NCBI RefSeq assembly: GCF_963506605.1
Contig: NC_083292.1
Location: 27,652,001 to 27,716,000, forward strand
Source: Zootoca vivipara
Taxonomy: Eukaryota
DNA length: 64,000 nt
Reading direction: 5' to 3'
Made by a program: the position numbers and the translations under genes. Below are positions 12,097 through 24,524 of the stretch, piece by piece. The notes below the pieces were generated by a model that saw nothing but the letters and a program-made list of their open reading frames with translations, was not told the DNA's origin and made no database searches. The first letter of the stretch is position 1, and every line of letters begins with the position of its first letter.

Positions 12097-15000
12097 CCCC
12101 TTCATGGATCAATGCCTTGTCGTGGCGAAGGGGCTTGAATAACTCAGAGAAGCTATGAGCTATGCCATGCAGGGCCACCCAAGATGGACAGGTCATAGTG
12201 GAGAGTTTTGACTAAACGTGATCCACCTGGAGAAGGAACTGGCAAGCCACTCCAGTATCCCTGCCAAGAAAACTCCATGGACAAAGACAACAGGCATATA
12301 AAAGTTATGACGCTGGAAGATGAGCCCCTCAGGTCGGAAGGCGTCCAACATGCTACTGAGGAAGAGCGGAGGACAAGTACAAGTAGATTCAGAGCTGATG
12401 AAGCGGCTGGGCCAAAGCCGAAAGGACGCTCAGTTGCGGATATGCCTGGAAGCGAAAGGAAAGTCCGATGCTGTAAAGAAAAATATTGCATAGGAACCTG
12501 GAATGTAAGAACTATGAGTGGAGGTAAGCTGCATGTGGTCAAAAATGAGATGACAAGAATAAATATCGACATCCTGGGCATCAGTGAACTAAAATGGAAG
12601 GGAATGGGCGAATTCAGTTCGGATGACTATCATATCTACTACTGTGGGCAGGAATCCTGTAGCAGAAATGGAGTGGCCCTCATAGTCAACAAAAGAGTGG
12701 CAAAAGCTGTAATGGGATGCAATCTCAAAAATGACAGAATGATCTCGATACGAATCCAAGGCAGACCTTTTAACATCACAGTAATCCAAGTTTATGCACC
12801 AACTACCGGTGCTGAAGAAAGTGAAATTGACCAATTCTATGAAGACCTACAACACCTTCTAGAAATGACACCAAAGAAGGATGTTCTTCTCATTACTGGG
12901 GACTGGAATGCTAAAGTAGGGAATCAAGAGATAAAAGGAACAACTGGCAAGTTTGGCCTTGGAGTTCAAAATGAAGCAGGGCAAAGGCTAATAGAGTTCT
13001 GTCAAGAGAACAAGCTGGTCATCACAAACACTCTATTCCAACAACACAAGAGACGACTCTACACATGGATATCACCAAATGGACAGCATCGAAATCAGAT
13101 TGATTATATTCTCTGCAGCCAAAGATGGAGAAGCTCCATACAGTCAGCAAAAACAAGACCTGGAGCTGACTGTAACTCAGATCATCAGCTTCTTATAGCA
13201 AAATTCCAGCTTAAACTGAAGAAAGTAGGAAAAACCACTGGGCCAGTAAGATACAATCTGAATCAAATCCCTTATGAATACACAGTGGAAGTGAGGAACA
13301 GGTTTAAGGATTTAGATTTGGTGGACAGAGTGCCTGAAGAACTATGGATGGAGGCTCGTAACATTATACAGGAGGCAGCAATGAAAACCATCCCAAGGAA
13401 AAGGAAATGCAAGAAAGCAAAATGGCTGTCCAACGAGGCCTTACAAATAGCGGAGGAGAGGAGGCAAGCAAAATGCAAGGGAGATAGGGAAAGATACAGG
13501 AAACTGAATGCAGATTTCCAAAAAACAGCAAGGAGAGACAAGAGGGTCTTCTTAAATGAGCAATGCAAAGAAATAGAGGAAAACAATAGAATGGGGAAAA
13601 CCAGAGATCTGTTCAAGAAAATTGGAGATATGAAAGGAACATTTCGTACAAAGATTACCATAATCAAGGACAAAAGTGGTAAGGACCTAACAGAAGCAGA
13701 AGACATCAAGAAGAGGTGGCAAGAATACACAGAGGAATTATACCAGAAAGATATGGAGGTCTCGTACACCTCAGGTAGTGTGGTTGCTGACCTTGAGCCA
13801 GACATCTTGGAGAGTGAAGTCAAATGGGCCTTAGAAAGCATTGCTAATAACAAGGCCAGTGGAAGTGATGATATTCCAGCTGAACTGTTTAAAATTTTAA
13901 AAGATGATGCTGTTAAGGTGCTACACCCAATATGCCAGCAAGTTTGGAAAACTCAGCAATGGCCAGAGGATTGGAGAAGATCAGTCTACATCCCAATTCC
14001 AAAGAAGGGCAGTGCCAAAGAATGCTCCAACTACCGCACAATTGCGCTCATTTCACACGCTAGCAAGGTTATGCTTAAAATTCTACAAGGCAGGCTTAGG
14101 CAGTATGTGGACCGAGAACTCCCAGAAGTGCAAGCTGGATTTCGAAAGGGCAGAGGAACCAGAGACCAAATAGCAAACATGCGCTGGATTATGGAGAAAG
14201 CTAGAGAGTTCCAGAAAAACGTCTACTTCTGCTTCATTGACTATGCAAAAGCCTTTGACTGTGTCGACCACAGCAAACTATGGCAAGTTCTTAAAGAAAT
14301 GGGAGTGCCTGATCACCTCATCTGTCTCCTGAGAAATCTCTATGTGGGACAAGAAGCTACAGTTAGAACTGGATATGGAACAACTGATTGGTTCAAAATT
14401 GGGAAAGGAGTACGACAAGGTTGTATATTGTCTCCCTGCTTATTTAACTTATATGCAGAATTCATCATGCGAAAGGCTGGACTAGATGAATCCCAAGCCG
14501 GAATTAAGATTGCTGGAAGAAATATCAACAACCTCAGATATGCAGATGACACAACCTTGATGGCAGAAAGCGAGGAGGAATTAAAGAACCTTTTAATGAG
14601 GGTGAAAGAGGAGAGCGCAAAATATGGTCTGAAGCTCAACATCAAAAAAACCAAGATCATGGCCACTGGTCCCATCACCTCCTGGCAAATAGAAGGGGAA
14701 GAAATGGAGGCAGTGAGAGATTTTACTTTCTTGGGCTCCTTGATCACTGCAGATGGTGACAGCAGTCACGAAATTAAAAGACGCCTGCTTCTTGGGAGAA
14801 AAGCAATGACAAACCTAGACAGCATCTTAAAAAGCAGAGACATCACCTTGCCGACAAAGGTCCGTATAGTTAAAGCTATGGTTTTCCCAGTAGTGATGTA
14901 TGGAAGTGAGAGTTGGACCATAAAGAAGGCTGATCGCCGAAGAATTGATGCTTTTGAATTATGGTGCTGGAGGAGACTCTTGAGAGTCCCATGGACTGCA

Positions 15001-15317
15001 AGAAGATCAAACCTATCCATTCTTAAGGAAATCAGCCCTGAGTGCTCCCTGGAAGGACGGATCGTGAAGCTGAGGCTCCAATACTTTGGCCACCTCATGA
15101 GAAGAGAAGAATCCTTGGAAAAGACCCTGATGTTGGGAAAGATTGAGGGCACTAGGAGAAGGGGACGACAGAGGACAAGATGGTTGGATAGTGTTCTCGA
15201 AGCTACGAACATGAGTTTGACCAAACTGCGGGAGGCAGTGCAAGACAGGAGTGCCTGGCGTGCTATGGTCCATGGGGTCACGAAGAGTCGGACACGACTA
15301 AACGACTAAACAACAAC
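12097..15317 (+). mobile_element. Full-length BovB (RTE clade) LINE, ~3.2 kb, antisense to NRXN2
   Basis: BovB-type 5' UTR, single long ORF, 3' end ggggtcacgaagagtcggacacgact and (CAA)n tail. Perfect 12-bp TSD agacttgagtga at 12085-12096 and 15318-15329. Confidence 0.96.
12277..15309 (+). CDS. BovB ORF: AP endonuclease + reverse transcriptase (~1010 aa from first ATG; open from 12208)
   Basis: GTWNVRT, LGISE, VYAPT, GDWNAKVG, IDYIL and SDH endonuclease motifs. FIDYAKAFD, GVRQGCILSP and YADD RT motifs. No stops or frameshifts. Confidence 0.95.
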   Translation: MDKDNRHIKVMTLEDEPLRSEGVQHATEEERRTSTSRFRADEAAGPKPKGRSVADMPGSERKVRCCKEKYCIGTWNVRTMSGGKLHVVKNEMTRINIDILGISELKWKGMGEFSSDDYHIYYCGQESCSRNGVALIVNKRVAKAVMGCNLKNDRMISIRIQGRPFNITVIQVYAPTTGAEESEIDQFYEDLQHLLEMTPKKDVLLITGDWNAKVGNQEIKGTTGKFGLGVQNEAGQRLIEFCQENKLVITNTLFQQHKRRLYTWISPNGQHRNQIDYILCSQRWRSSIQSAKTRPGADCNSDHQLLIAKFQLKLKKVGKTTGPVRYNLNQIPYEYTVEVRNRFKDLDLVDRVPEELWMEARNIIQEAAMKTIPRKRKCKKAKWLSNEALQIAEERRQAKCKGDRERYRKLNADFQKTARRDKRVFLNEQCKEIEENNRMGKTRDLFKKIGDMKGTFRTKITIIKDKSGKDLTEAEDIKKRWQEYTEELYQKDMEVSYTSGSVVADLEPDILESEVKWALESIANNKASGSDDIPAELFKILKDDAVKVLHPICQQVWKTQQWPEDWRRSVYIPIPKKGSAKECSNYRTIALISHASKVMLKILQGRLRQYVDRELPEVQAGFRKGRGTRDQIANMRWIMEKAREFQKNVYFCFIDYAKAFDCVDHSKLWQVLKEMGVPDHLICLLRNLYVGQEATVRTGYGTTDWFKIGKGVRQGCILSPCLFNLYAEFIMRKAGLDESQAGIKIAGRNINNLRYADDTTLMAESEEELKNLLMRVKEESAKYGLKLNIKKTKIMATGPITSWQIEGEEMEAVRDFTFLGSLITADGDSSHEIKRRLLLGRKAMTNLDSILKSRDITLPTKVRIVKAMVFPVVMYGSESWTIKKADRRRIDAFELWCWRRLLRVPWTARRSNLSILKEISPECSLEGRIVKLRLQYFGHLMRREESLEKTLMLGKIEGTRRRGRQRTRWLDSVLEATNMSLTKLREAVQDRSAWRAMVHGVTKSRTRLND

Positions 15318-15684
15318 AGACTTGAGTGAAGGTCGTAGCCGTGGCAATGGAGGGAAGGCACCAAATTTTCCCCTTCACCCACCAGAAGTTCCTTGCTGCA
15401 AAGGAAGGTGGCCAGAAGGGGAAACAGCTCTGCAGAGGGGGGCAAGATGGAAAAAGAGGAGTTGTTTTGGGAAGGACAACCTCCTAAAAATGAGAGGTGT
15501 CCTTGGTACTGGGCAGCCAAGGGAAGCACAGAGGGTGGAAGAGCAGGTTGGATGCCACTGGCTTGGCCTGGAAAAGGAGATGGTAGGGAGGGCTCTGCTG
15601 GGCTGCAGCAGAAGAATGGCATCCCCTTAGCTGAGCAAAGCCCACACACCCTGCTTTTGGCACCAGACCCCAGCTGTGGCACAT

Positions 15685-15754
15685 GTAAAGGTAAAGGGAC
15701 CCCTGACCATTAGGTCCAGTCGTGACCGACTCTGAGGTTGTGGCGCTCATCTCA
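15685..15754 (-). mobile_element. Sauria SINE 3' fragment
   Basis: gtaaaggtaaagggacccctgaccattaggtccagtcgtgaccgactct is the reverse complement of the SINE tail. Confidence 0.85.
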
Positions 15755-16030
15755 CGGGAAGAACATCATGGCAAGGAGGCGGCCAAGCTGGCCCCAGAGA
15801 GCAGCCGGAGAAGCTCTGTAAACTAAGAAACAGTGCTTGAATTTGCTCCCCACCCTTCCAGACCCCTTTCCTTCCATGTCATATCTTTTAAATTTTAAGC
15901 CTGATGGGAGGGGTTGTCTTTATTATTATTAATCTGTGAACCACCCTTGTGAGACCCTCCTCTGCAAGATTCTCCCTCCCTCCCCAAAAGAAGGGATAAC
16001 TCAATCTCTTGCAGAAAGGAGGGATTAGAC

Positions 16031-16166
16031 CAGGCACCCCCAAACTTCGGCCCGCCAGATGTTTTGGACTACAATTCTCATCTTCCCTGACCACTGGTCC
16101 TGTTAGCTAGGGATCATGGGAGTTGAAGGCCAAAACATCTGGAGGGCCACAGTTTGGGGATGCCTG
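16031..16166. mobile_element. 136-bp palindromic hAT MITE
   Basis: Same family. 8-bp TSD gattagac. Confidence 0.9.
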
Positions 16167-16353
16167 GATTAGACTCAAGACCCGTCCTCTTGGTGGTGTC
16201 TGGTTTATGGTGTCTTGGCTAGAACAACCCAAAGTGCTGTTCTCACCCTAGAGAGTGTGCTGCATCTTAGAGCCCTGGGCCTCTATCCCACACACACACA
16301 CACTTGCCCACCTCCCTCAGCATGAAGCCACGCAGGTAGCAGCAGCAGCTCAC

Positions 16354-16655
16354 CTGGCGCAGGTTCCTGGTTACGCGGATGTCGTGCCAATTGTTGTCGT
16401 TGAACTTGCCATTGACGGGCTCCACCAGTGCCTCGAACGCCCCCGAGCCCAAGTTGATGACCAGCCAGACAGCTCCGCTCTTGAGCGACAGGTTGACGTA
16501 GTCCGCCGACTTTCCAGTGTGGAGCATCAGGCCGTTGCGCTGCAGGGTGCGGAAGGAGAGGGTGATCTCGTCGGTGCTGCTCTGGATGGGGTTGTGGGAC
16601 AGGTCGTAGCAGAAGAACTCGTTCCCCTTGAACGTCGCCACAAACTCTTCTTTCC
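16354..16655 (-). CDS. NRXN2: Neurexin-2-alpha exon (302 nt) encoding the N-terminal part of laminin-G/LNS2 domain
   Basis: cctgcag|GGAAAGAAGAG...CGCCAG|gtgagc. Translates [101 protein letters not shown], with NRXN2-type residues. Confidence 0.97.
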
Positions 16656-17657
16656 CTGCAGGGGAGGAGGAGGCGAGACCGAGAGAGAGAAGGTGCCAGG
16701 GGCAAAGAGTGAGCGGCACTGTGCACACAATGCATGTGAGAACAGCCTCCTTCAGGGCTTCCTGTTGTAGCAACAGCTCCTCTCCTTGCACATGCAGCCC
16801 TCTCAGTGCACTGCACAGAACGCAACAGTGAAACCACTGGGCCACTGGCATTAGGAGACTGACGGACAGCGGGAGGCCTGTGCAGACGATGCTTGCAGAT
16901 TAAAAAACCTGGCAGATGCTGTGGCATTTCTTGCATACTTCAAGCCCGAGAGTGATTTATTCTTAAAATTCAGTTAGAAAAGCTGGTGGTTAGCAGCAAA
17001 CCCAAACGTTTTTAGGATCATGCAAGTTACTCCTGGTGGATTTACACCCCATCTTTCCTCCAATGAGCTGAAAGTGGCATATACATGGTTCTTTCCTGGC
17101 CCCCATTTTATTCTCTGAATAACCCTGAGAGGTAGGCTGGGCTGAGGGAATGAGTGGCTGGCCCAAGGTCACCCAATGAGCTTCATGGGTGAGTGAGGAC
17201 TTAAGCTCTGGTCCTACTCCTATTTGCCATTACTGTACACCATTGCACCGTGTGTGTGTGGGGGGGGGGGTTTAAAATAAAATAACAGTCATAGGAGAGC
17301 CCCACCACCACCTTTTGTGCTGAGACCACAGCAAGGGCATTGGAATAACTTCCCTCTTCCCCCTGCAGCGCCCACAACTTCAAAAACAAAAGCAACATAA
17401 CAATTTTCTTCTTGGTAATGTTCGTCTGGTCTTTCCCAAGGGCTCTCTCCCCGCTCCCGACCAAATATTTTGATTTAGGGTAGCTACTTACATACCCATC
17501 ACCATAAAGGATGACACATATTTGAATACGCTATAGGCGTAGATGCAAATGTAGAAATAATTGTGGTAAATTTAAACAGAAATGCAATCTGTGTCACTGT
17601 AGTGGGGAACAAACCTTAGTGAGGGGGTCTTTCTAGCCCTCCTCACTCTCTCTAAGG

Positions 17658-17903
17658 CAAGGGTAGGCAACCTAAGGCCTGTGGGCCGGATGCGGCCCAA
17701 TTGCCTTCTCAATCCGGCCCCCGGACGGTCCAGGAATCAGTGTGTTTTTACATGAGTAGAATGTAAAATTTTATTTAAAATGCATCTCTGGGTTATTTGT
17801 GGGGCATAGGAATTCATTCATATTTCCCCCCCAAAATATAGTCCAGCCCTCCACATGGTCTGAGGGACGGTGGACCGGCCCACGGCTGTAAAAGGTTGCT
17901 GAC
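17658..17903. mobile_element. Non-autonomous hAT element
   Basis: caagggtaggcaacct...aggttgctgacc ends. 8-bp TSD ctctaagg. Confidence 0.8.
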
Positions 17904-18773
17904 CTCTAAGGGCTTGTTATCTTTCATCTGGGTGGAGATAGTCCTTCAAAAAGGGGGGTGCCTTCAAATGTTCCCACTTTAGCCACAGGGCATCCAACAG
18001 CAACCATAAGAAAAATTGGGTGAGGATGACAGTAGCAGGTATAACTGAGTTACCAGACTTTTACAGAGCTCCCCTCTCCCATGCTCAAAATAAACCCTTC
18101 TGGGGAGTCAAGCAACCCCTGCCCCACCCTCCCTGAAGCCAGCTGGGTCCACAGCTAAGCCTTGCGCTCCAGACGCCTCTCCCCCCCCCAAACACTTACT
18201 CAGTTCCGACCCGGGTGCGTGCATGAGAAAGCTGCGATTTCACTGTCTTCCAACTGATATTAGTAACACCCCCCCACTTCAATACGCACACATGCTTTCT
18301 CACCCCCCCACCCCATATGCACAGAGTAAATGTCCCTCTTCTCCCCATGACACCTGCCAATTAACTTGCCATCCTTTGCCGCCTGGGAAACAATTTCTGC
18401 TGTCTTTCCCGCTCCCTTCAGCCCCACAATCATTGTGTCACTGAAAGTCATTTGCTCCTGAAGCCCAGGCGGGTTTATTTAAGAAGGAAGAAGGGAAAGA
18501 GAAAATGGAGGGGCAGGATGGGGGAGGGAGCCCTCAAATTGTTACTGCATTGAGGGCTGTGGCTGAAACAAGGAAGGACAGCTGGGCCCTTGGTGGGGTG
18601 GACATGAAGAGAAAGAAAGAAAAAAAGAGAATGAGAGAGAGAGAACGGGTACATATATGAGTGTACAGACACCAATGTGGGATCTAAGGCACTGCTTTGC
18701 CACCTTTACTGAGCACAAGGATCTCAGTAGCAATGTTTCGCACTGGGGGATTAATACAGTGGTACCTCAGTTT

Positions 18774-19126
18774 ACCCAGGTGGCGCTGTGGGCTAAACCA
18801 CTGAGCCTAGGGCTTGCCGATCAGAAGGTCGGCGGCTCGAATCCCCGCGATGGGGTGAGCTCCCGTTGCTCGGTCCCAGCTCCTGCCAACCTAGCAGTTC
18901 GAAAGCACGTCAAAGTGCAAGTAGATAAATAGGTACCACTACAGCGGGACGGTAAACAGCATTTCTGTGTGCTGCTCTGGTTCGCCAGAAGCGGCTTTGT
19001 CATGCTGGCCACATGACCTGGAAGCTGTAGGCTGGCTCCCTTGGCCAATAACGCGAGATGAGTGCCGCAACCCCAGAGTCGGTCATGACTGGACCTAATG
19101 GTCAGGGGTCCCTTTACCTTTACCTT
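18774..19126 (+). mobile_element. Sauria SINE, near full length
   Basis: tRNA-like head gtggcgctgtgg...cgaatccc, core ctcctgccaacctagcagttcgaaagcacg, BovB-like 3' agagtcggtcatgactgg, (ACCTTT) tail. Confidence 0.9.
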
Positions 19127-19204
19127 GTTATGCTTTTCTATTATTGTAAATATATTTCTATGATACTATGGTAGAAAAATACATACATACATACATACAT
19201 CTGG

Positions 19205-19326
19205 TTACAGGTAGGTAGCCGTGTTGGTCTGGGTCGAAGTAAAAATAAAAAAAATTCCTTCAGTAGCACCTTAAAGACCAACTAACTTAGTTGGTCTTTA
19301 AGGTGCTACTGAAGGAAATTTTTTAT
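19205..19326. mobile_element. Penelope-like palindromic remnant
   Basis: Same terminus as 25932. Fold-back ttccttcagtagcaccttaaagaccaactaa/ttagttggtctttaaggtgctactgaaggaa. Confidence 0.7.
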
Positions 19327-20190
19327 AGATACATACATTCATACATACATACGTTGTACTACACTTCAAGGTTGTCATACACTACTCCCCCTACCTGTAG
19401 CAAAATGTATATAACAACCTTGCAGGCTGGTGTAACCCACTTTCTCTAAGCCATGGTCTTCCCCCAGAAGTATAATAGTGATCGGCTTTATCTGTATTAT
19501 TGGCATTAGCAAAGTACGTAATTTTTAGAACGCTTACAAAAGATGAAAGTTAGGAAGGTCACGAACTCCCGCTTTTGCTTTTCAACTGACACATGACTCT
19601 GCAATCACAGCTACACAGAAATTGTGGACACTTGCATCTTTCCTTCTGTGGGGCAACAGCAATTAGCCATCACTTTTCCACCAGGAAAGAGCAGTAGAAA
19701 ATGGCTTCTAAAGGAACCAACACTACCCAATAGATCTCTAGATAATGGGTATTTCACTCTAGCCTTCTCATTCTCCCACTGTAGCCTTCCTCTGGCAGCC
19801 AGCTCACTCACCTGGAGGAATTCCTGCTCAGCAAGCGAGTGTTTAAATACAAAGCTGGGATGCACGGTGCCAAAATTCTGTAGGAGGCCCCACTTGTCAT
19901 CTTTTCCTTGAGTTCTGCCTTCTGGACTCAGAGTTCTGCCTTCTGGACTCAGATGGAATCACTGCTCCATCCCTTTGCACCAGCAGAGTTGGAAGAGGTG
20001 CTGGTGCGGCAGAAATCTGCCAGCTGGCATTGCACCCAGGTAGGGTGCTGTAATGGCCACATTGGCATGACATCACAGGCCAAATAGGGCAGAGCTGGGG
20101 TGTGCCAGGGGAGGAGCAGGTTCTTTATTGACACTCTATGCTCACTCGGGTTGGTCCTGCCCCCAGATGGTGGCACAATATTAGGTCTGC

Positions 20191-20242
<52 letters not shown>

Positions 20243-20350
20243 TTATCATTTATACCCCACCCATCTGGCTGGGTTTCCCCAGCCACTCTGGGCGGCTTCC
20301 AACAGAAAAATAAAATAATCGATTAAACATTAAAAGCCTCCCTAAACAAG
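20191..20350 (-). mobile_element. L2 3' terminus with (AAT)n tail
   Basis: Reverse complement of the 3' end seen at 35170-35280. Confidence 0.8.
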
Positions 20351-22709
20351 GAGCAGTGTTGGCCTCCCCAGCCATCCTGGGGAGGAGAATCCTGTCAAAA
20401 GCCTGTGCTGACAAATACCCTCAACTAAAGTTGCCACATGTCAGGAATTTCCCAGGGAAATCGGCCTGCACTGAACTTTACTCCTGTCTGAGTGAGGTGC
20501 ACAAATTCCGGGTGGCCAGGGTATAAATATTACATTATTATTATTATTGAGATGCAAAAAACCAGAGCAAGTTGCTTTGGGGGATTTGAGGCTGGGACAG
20601 GCCAGTGGTCTTATTTTTGCTAATAAGAGCGAGCAGGGATGCCAGACAAAAACCAGGGGCTGGGAGGGCAGGCAGCTGAGCTTAGCTTGATGCTTTTGCT
20701 ATTCAGTCCCTCACAGTGCATGCAGTCAAGCAGTCTGCAAGGTTGGAATTGGCAAGTGTTTGCTTAGCCTGACCTCTGACTGGGAAGACTTGCAGATCAG
20801 AATAAAAGAAAGAAGCTAGGAATCTCTTTGGATGGGGCTCCTAGCTCAGGCTAGCAGCTCAACACTTCAAAGGAACAGAGCAAGCATCCTGAAAGGGTAA
20901 TTTGCTCTTTGAGCAGCAGCTTGTCATTAAGCTGCATTACAGCTGGTGGAAAAACTTTTCATAAGCAAATGTTCAGTGAGTTTTACAACCTGATGATCCC
21001 ATCCACACTCATTCAGAAGTCAGTCCCATCGAATTCAGCAAAGTTTACTCCGATGTAAATGCATACACAGGACTGCAATATTATAAGAGGTGATAAAGAA
21101 TCAATATTCAAGTTTGTAGAATAGATGGAAGTTAGAAACCATTTTAATTAGATCACAGATTCCCACCCCATTTCACATCTTAATAGAGACCATTACTCAT
21201 TCCAAAAAAATGTAAATGAAGGATCTTATACACCAAAAATCTAGTTTTTCATCATGCATTCAAAATAATAATTAAAAAACTCCATAATATAGCTTTACCA
21301 AAATCTATGGACAGAGAGGTTCAATAGAAAACACTGAGAAGTAGACTGCAGTTTATGAAATCTACAGCACAAAAGCACTGCCACGGGAAGTTGCCACAGG
21401 AATTCTTGGGTGGGTGGGTGGGACTCTGCAATATCTTCTTCAATTTTGTAAGAAACATTTTTGGATAGGGAGGTAAAACAGAGGACAGATTAGCCCCTGT
21501 ACCGCAGCAGCTTTCCCCACATTTTGAATACTGAGCTAGAATAACAGAATCGTAGAATTGAAGGGTATTCCAAGGGTCATCTAGTCCAATTCCCTGCAAT
21601 GCAGGAAAATGTAAGAAAACTAGAAAATTAAAACCTTAAAAAAACTAACAACAACCAATGTGTTCTTTTAACTAGATAAAACCTGTTTATTGATACACAA
21701 ATTTCATCTGCATCATTACTGCTCGTTTTCAGTCTGGTGAAACAGAAATCAGTTTTTAAAATTCAAATAATACTCTTGCAGCAGAATCATGGTGGTGTTG
21801 GATTTCACAGATTATTTTCCAAATCAAATCAAGTTTATAATGCTTAGCCAAAGGGCTTGGACAGGCATTCAGCAATACTATAAAAATCACGTGGAATATA
21901 TTCCCTGGAATTCTTAAAACATCACCTATAGCTGACTAATAGAAAAGAAAAGTTGGCTACCAAGGTCTGCTACAGTTTGTGGGCTTATGCACATCCACAG
22001 GAACAAAAAGCAGCCTTGAACTTCCTGAGTTAGCACATTCTTTTCTTTTAAATCTCTTTCTTTTCTTAATATCTTTAACACGGCAACATTTATCTATTAC
22101 TAGCCATAATCACGCTTCTACATTAGTGTTGTTGTAGCAACAGTAAAATACAACAAAGGTTTGCAGATTGATAACTGCTACCTGTAAAATTCTGCAGGGA
22201 CTCAGGAAAATGCAGAGAAGTGGTCACCGCAAAGGATGGTTTTATCACAACAACTTTAGTATGAAAGAAGTACTCAAGCGGAGGCCTGCCAGACCCTTTC
22301 ACGGCTGCCAGAGCACGTCCAGCTTGTGCAGAGCTTTGAGAGAAGGAGAGAGAGGTACCGCTTGAGCCGCAAATAAAACCTGGGTCAGAACTGCTGCAGA
22401 TTCTAGCACAGCCTTCACTAACCTGGTGCTCTCCATATGTTTTGGACTGCACTTCCCATCAGTGCTGGCTGGAGTTGTAGCCTAAGACACCTTGAGGGCA
22501 ACAGGTTGATGAAGGCTGTTCTACTAAGTATGCTAAATACATACTCAGAAAATGAGTGCAGTTCTCAGTATTGCATGACGAACTGCAGAACAGCAGAATT
22601 ATAGCAATGAACTCCGTAGCACATAATTTGCCCCTTCTTGACCCTTTTAATCCCTTTAAGAAAGTGAAAATGAATTTAGCTTTATATATGATGCATAAAA
22701 TAGAAATAT

Positions 22710-22900
22710 AGGAAGTGGTCTTATACTGAGTTGGACCATTGGTCCATCTAGCTCAGCACTGTCTACACTGACTGGCAGCAGCTCCCCAGGGTTTCAAGTA
22801 GGGAACAACTCCCAGTCCTACCTGGAGATGCCAGCAGGGATTGAACCTGGGACCTTCAGCATGCAAACCAAATGTTCTACCCACTGAGCTACAGCCCTTC
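22710..22900 (-). mobile_element. tRNA-Ala-like squamate SINE (one of many decayed copies, e.g. ~3875, 39420, 41567, 54790, 63200)
   Basis: gggctgtagctcagtggg...gcatgctgaaggtcccaggttcaatccc...catctccaggtagg. Confidence 0.7.
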
Positions 22901-23051
22901 TCCTTAACCTTTGTAGAGTCTATACATAGCGGGAGGAATTTTTGAACTGGGCTGCACATAGCATTATGTCTGTAAGATCTACTGTATGTGGCCTGTGTTG
23001 AAGAAGCAGGGGTGGTCAAGAGAAGCTGTTATGCTTACATGGTCTAAAAAC

Positions 23052-23187
23052 CAGGCATCCCCAAACTTCGGCCCTCCAGATGTTTTGGACTACAATTCCC
23101 ATCCTCCCTGACAACTGGTCCTGTTAGCTAGGGATCATGGGAGTTGTAGGCCAAAACATCTGGAGGGCCGCAGTTTGGGGATGCCTG
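23052..23187. mobile_element. 136-bp palindromic hAT MITE
   Basis: Same family. TSD gtctaaac (left copy slipped). Confidence 0.88.
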
Positions 23188-24353
23188 GTCTAAACAGCCA
23201 CTCTGCCTTTGATCCTACAGACCAGGGTGCTCCTCATTCCCAGATGCAATATCTTTGGTTATGGCTCTTTTGTGGAGAGAGGGAGGATCTTGGTATATTC
23301 CCAGAGGCACTCTCCTCTTTAGAGTAGGGCTCTGACACTCTGTTAAATGCCCCTTTGTCTCTATCCCGCAACTGTCTTGAGTTCTTTGCGGTGGAGTGGC
23401 CTTTCAGAAGCCCCTTCCAATAAAAAAGGCCCCTGAACAGAGGGGTCCTGCCAGTCCCTTTGGTGCATCAGAAGAGGAAACATCTCCGTGCCCTTCCCTT
23501 CTCTCCTCCCCAATAGAGGAGCTTCAAAACTGCTGGGTCAGGGGGGCTGTCCTGGCGTGAGATAAACTGTCCCCAGGTCCGTTCCAGCCTGGCTGGAGTT
23601 GGGGATGCTATTAATTTGCTGCTAACCCGAGGCGGCAGCCCTTATTCCGGCTGGCTCCCAACTTGCTACGGTAAGCACTTTTCTCTTCCCCAGCTCAGTG
23701 ACCTTGGGTTGCCGCCATCCCTCTAAATCCCATCCACGCCCCAAATGCTGACCTTCCTGGCTCAATTCAAAAGACACAGACACACAAACCCCAGGACGGA
23801 GTGCAGGAGGAGGAGGGAAGCGACAGGCAGGAGGAAAAAACAAGATGTGCTGGGGAGGAAGACGACAGAGGCAGTGGGGCTGGGTGTGTAAAAATGAATG
23901 GCCTAATGACTGGTTTAAGAGGGACAACCTGAGATCTCCCACAATGCGGGGCCGGGGGGGGGCATGCAGCTTTGTGTTTGTTTGTTTACTTTACTTACTT
24001 ATGAAGATTTAAGTTTTTTGTGACACAAAACAAACAAATAAGCAAGGAAAGGTACATATAGTGTCTCCTCTTTCAATTCATAGAGTCTTTTTCACAGTTT
24101 GTGTACATTTGGTATGAGACACTATTGGGGGATTGCACCTCCCACACAAGCTCCACTCTATTGCAAAGCACCTTGATTTGTGAGGCTAACCTCTCTGATC
24201 CTATACTATGCAGTATTTGTGCCCACCGAAAGTATTTGCTACGGGTGTTGTTTGTACAGGTAGGTTGGACATTAAGGAAAGAGAAGATTGCAAGAGAAGA
24301 TTGGAAAGAGAATAGCAAGAGAAGATTGCAAGCACGGAGAAGGCCAAGATGAG

Positions 24354-24524
24354 CAGGGCCAGCTCTAGGTATAGTCCTGGTGTTGCGGGGTGCCAGGGCA
24401 CCGGGCTGGCAGGCGGGGCGCTACGCGGTGAAGCCGCGCGGAAGCCATGCTGCGCGCTGCGAGGGCACCAGAGTGATCTCCGCGCCTCAGTGCCAGGGCG
24501 CCCAACCTGCTCGAGACTGCCCTG
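24354..24524. mobile_element. GC-rich hAT MITE
   Basis: TIR cagggc...gccctg. 8-bp TSD aagatgag. Confidence 0.85.

Noticed and set aside
13272-15281. Minus-strand ORFs of 135-193 aa
   Set aside because: Antisense shadows of the BovB ORF.
16267-16851. 194-aa ORF as a complete gene
   Set aside because: Only 16354-16655 is neurexin-like and it is bounded by AG/GT. The flanks are intron read-through.
19910-19951. 21-bp tandem duplication (also ~20 bp at 52935-52973) as array or CRISPR-like repeat
   Set aside because: Two adjacent copies with no spacers. Ordinary slippage duplication in eukaryotic DNA.
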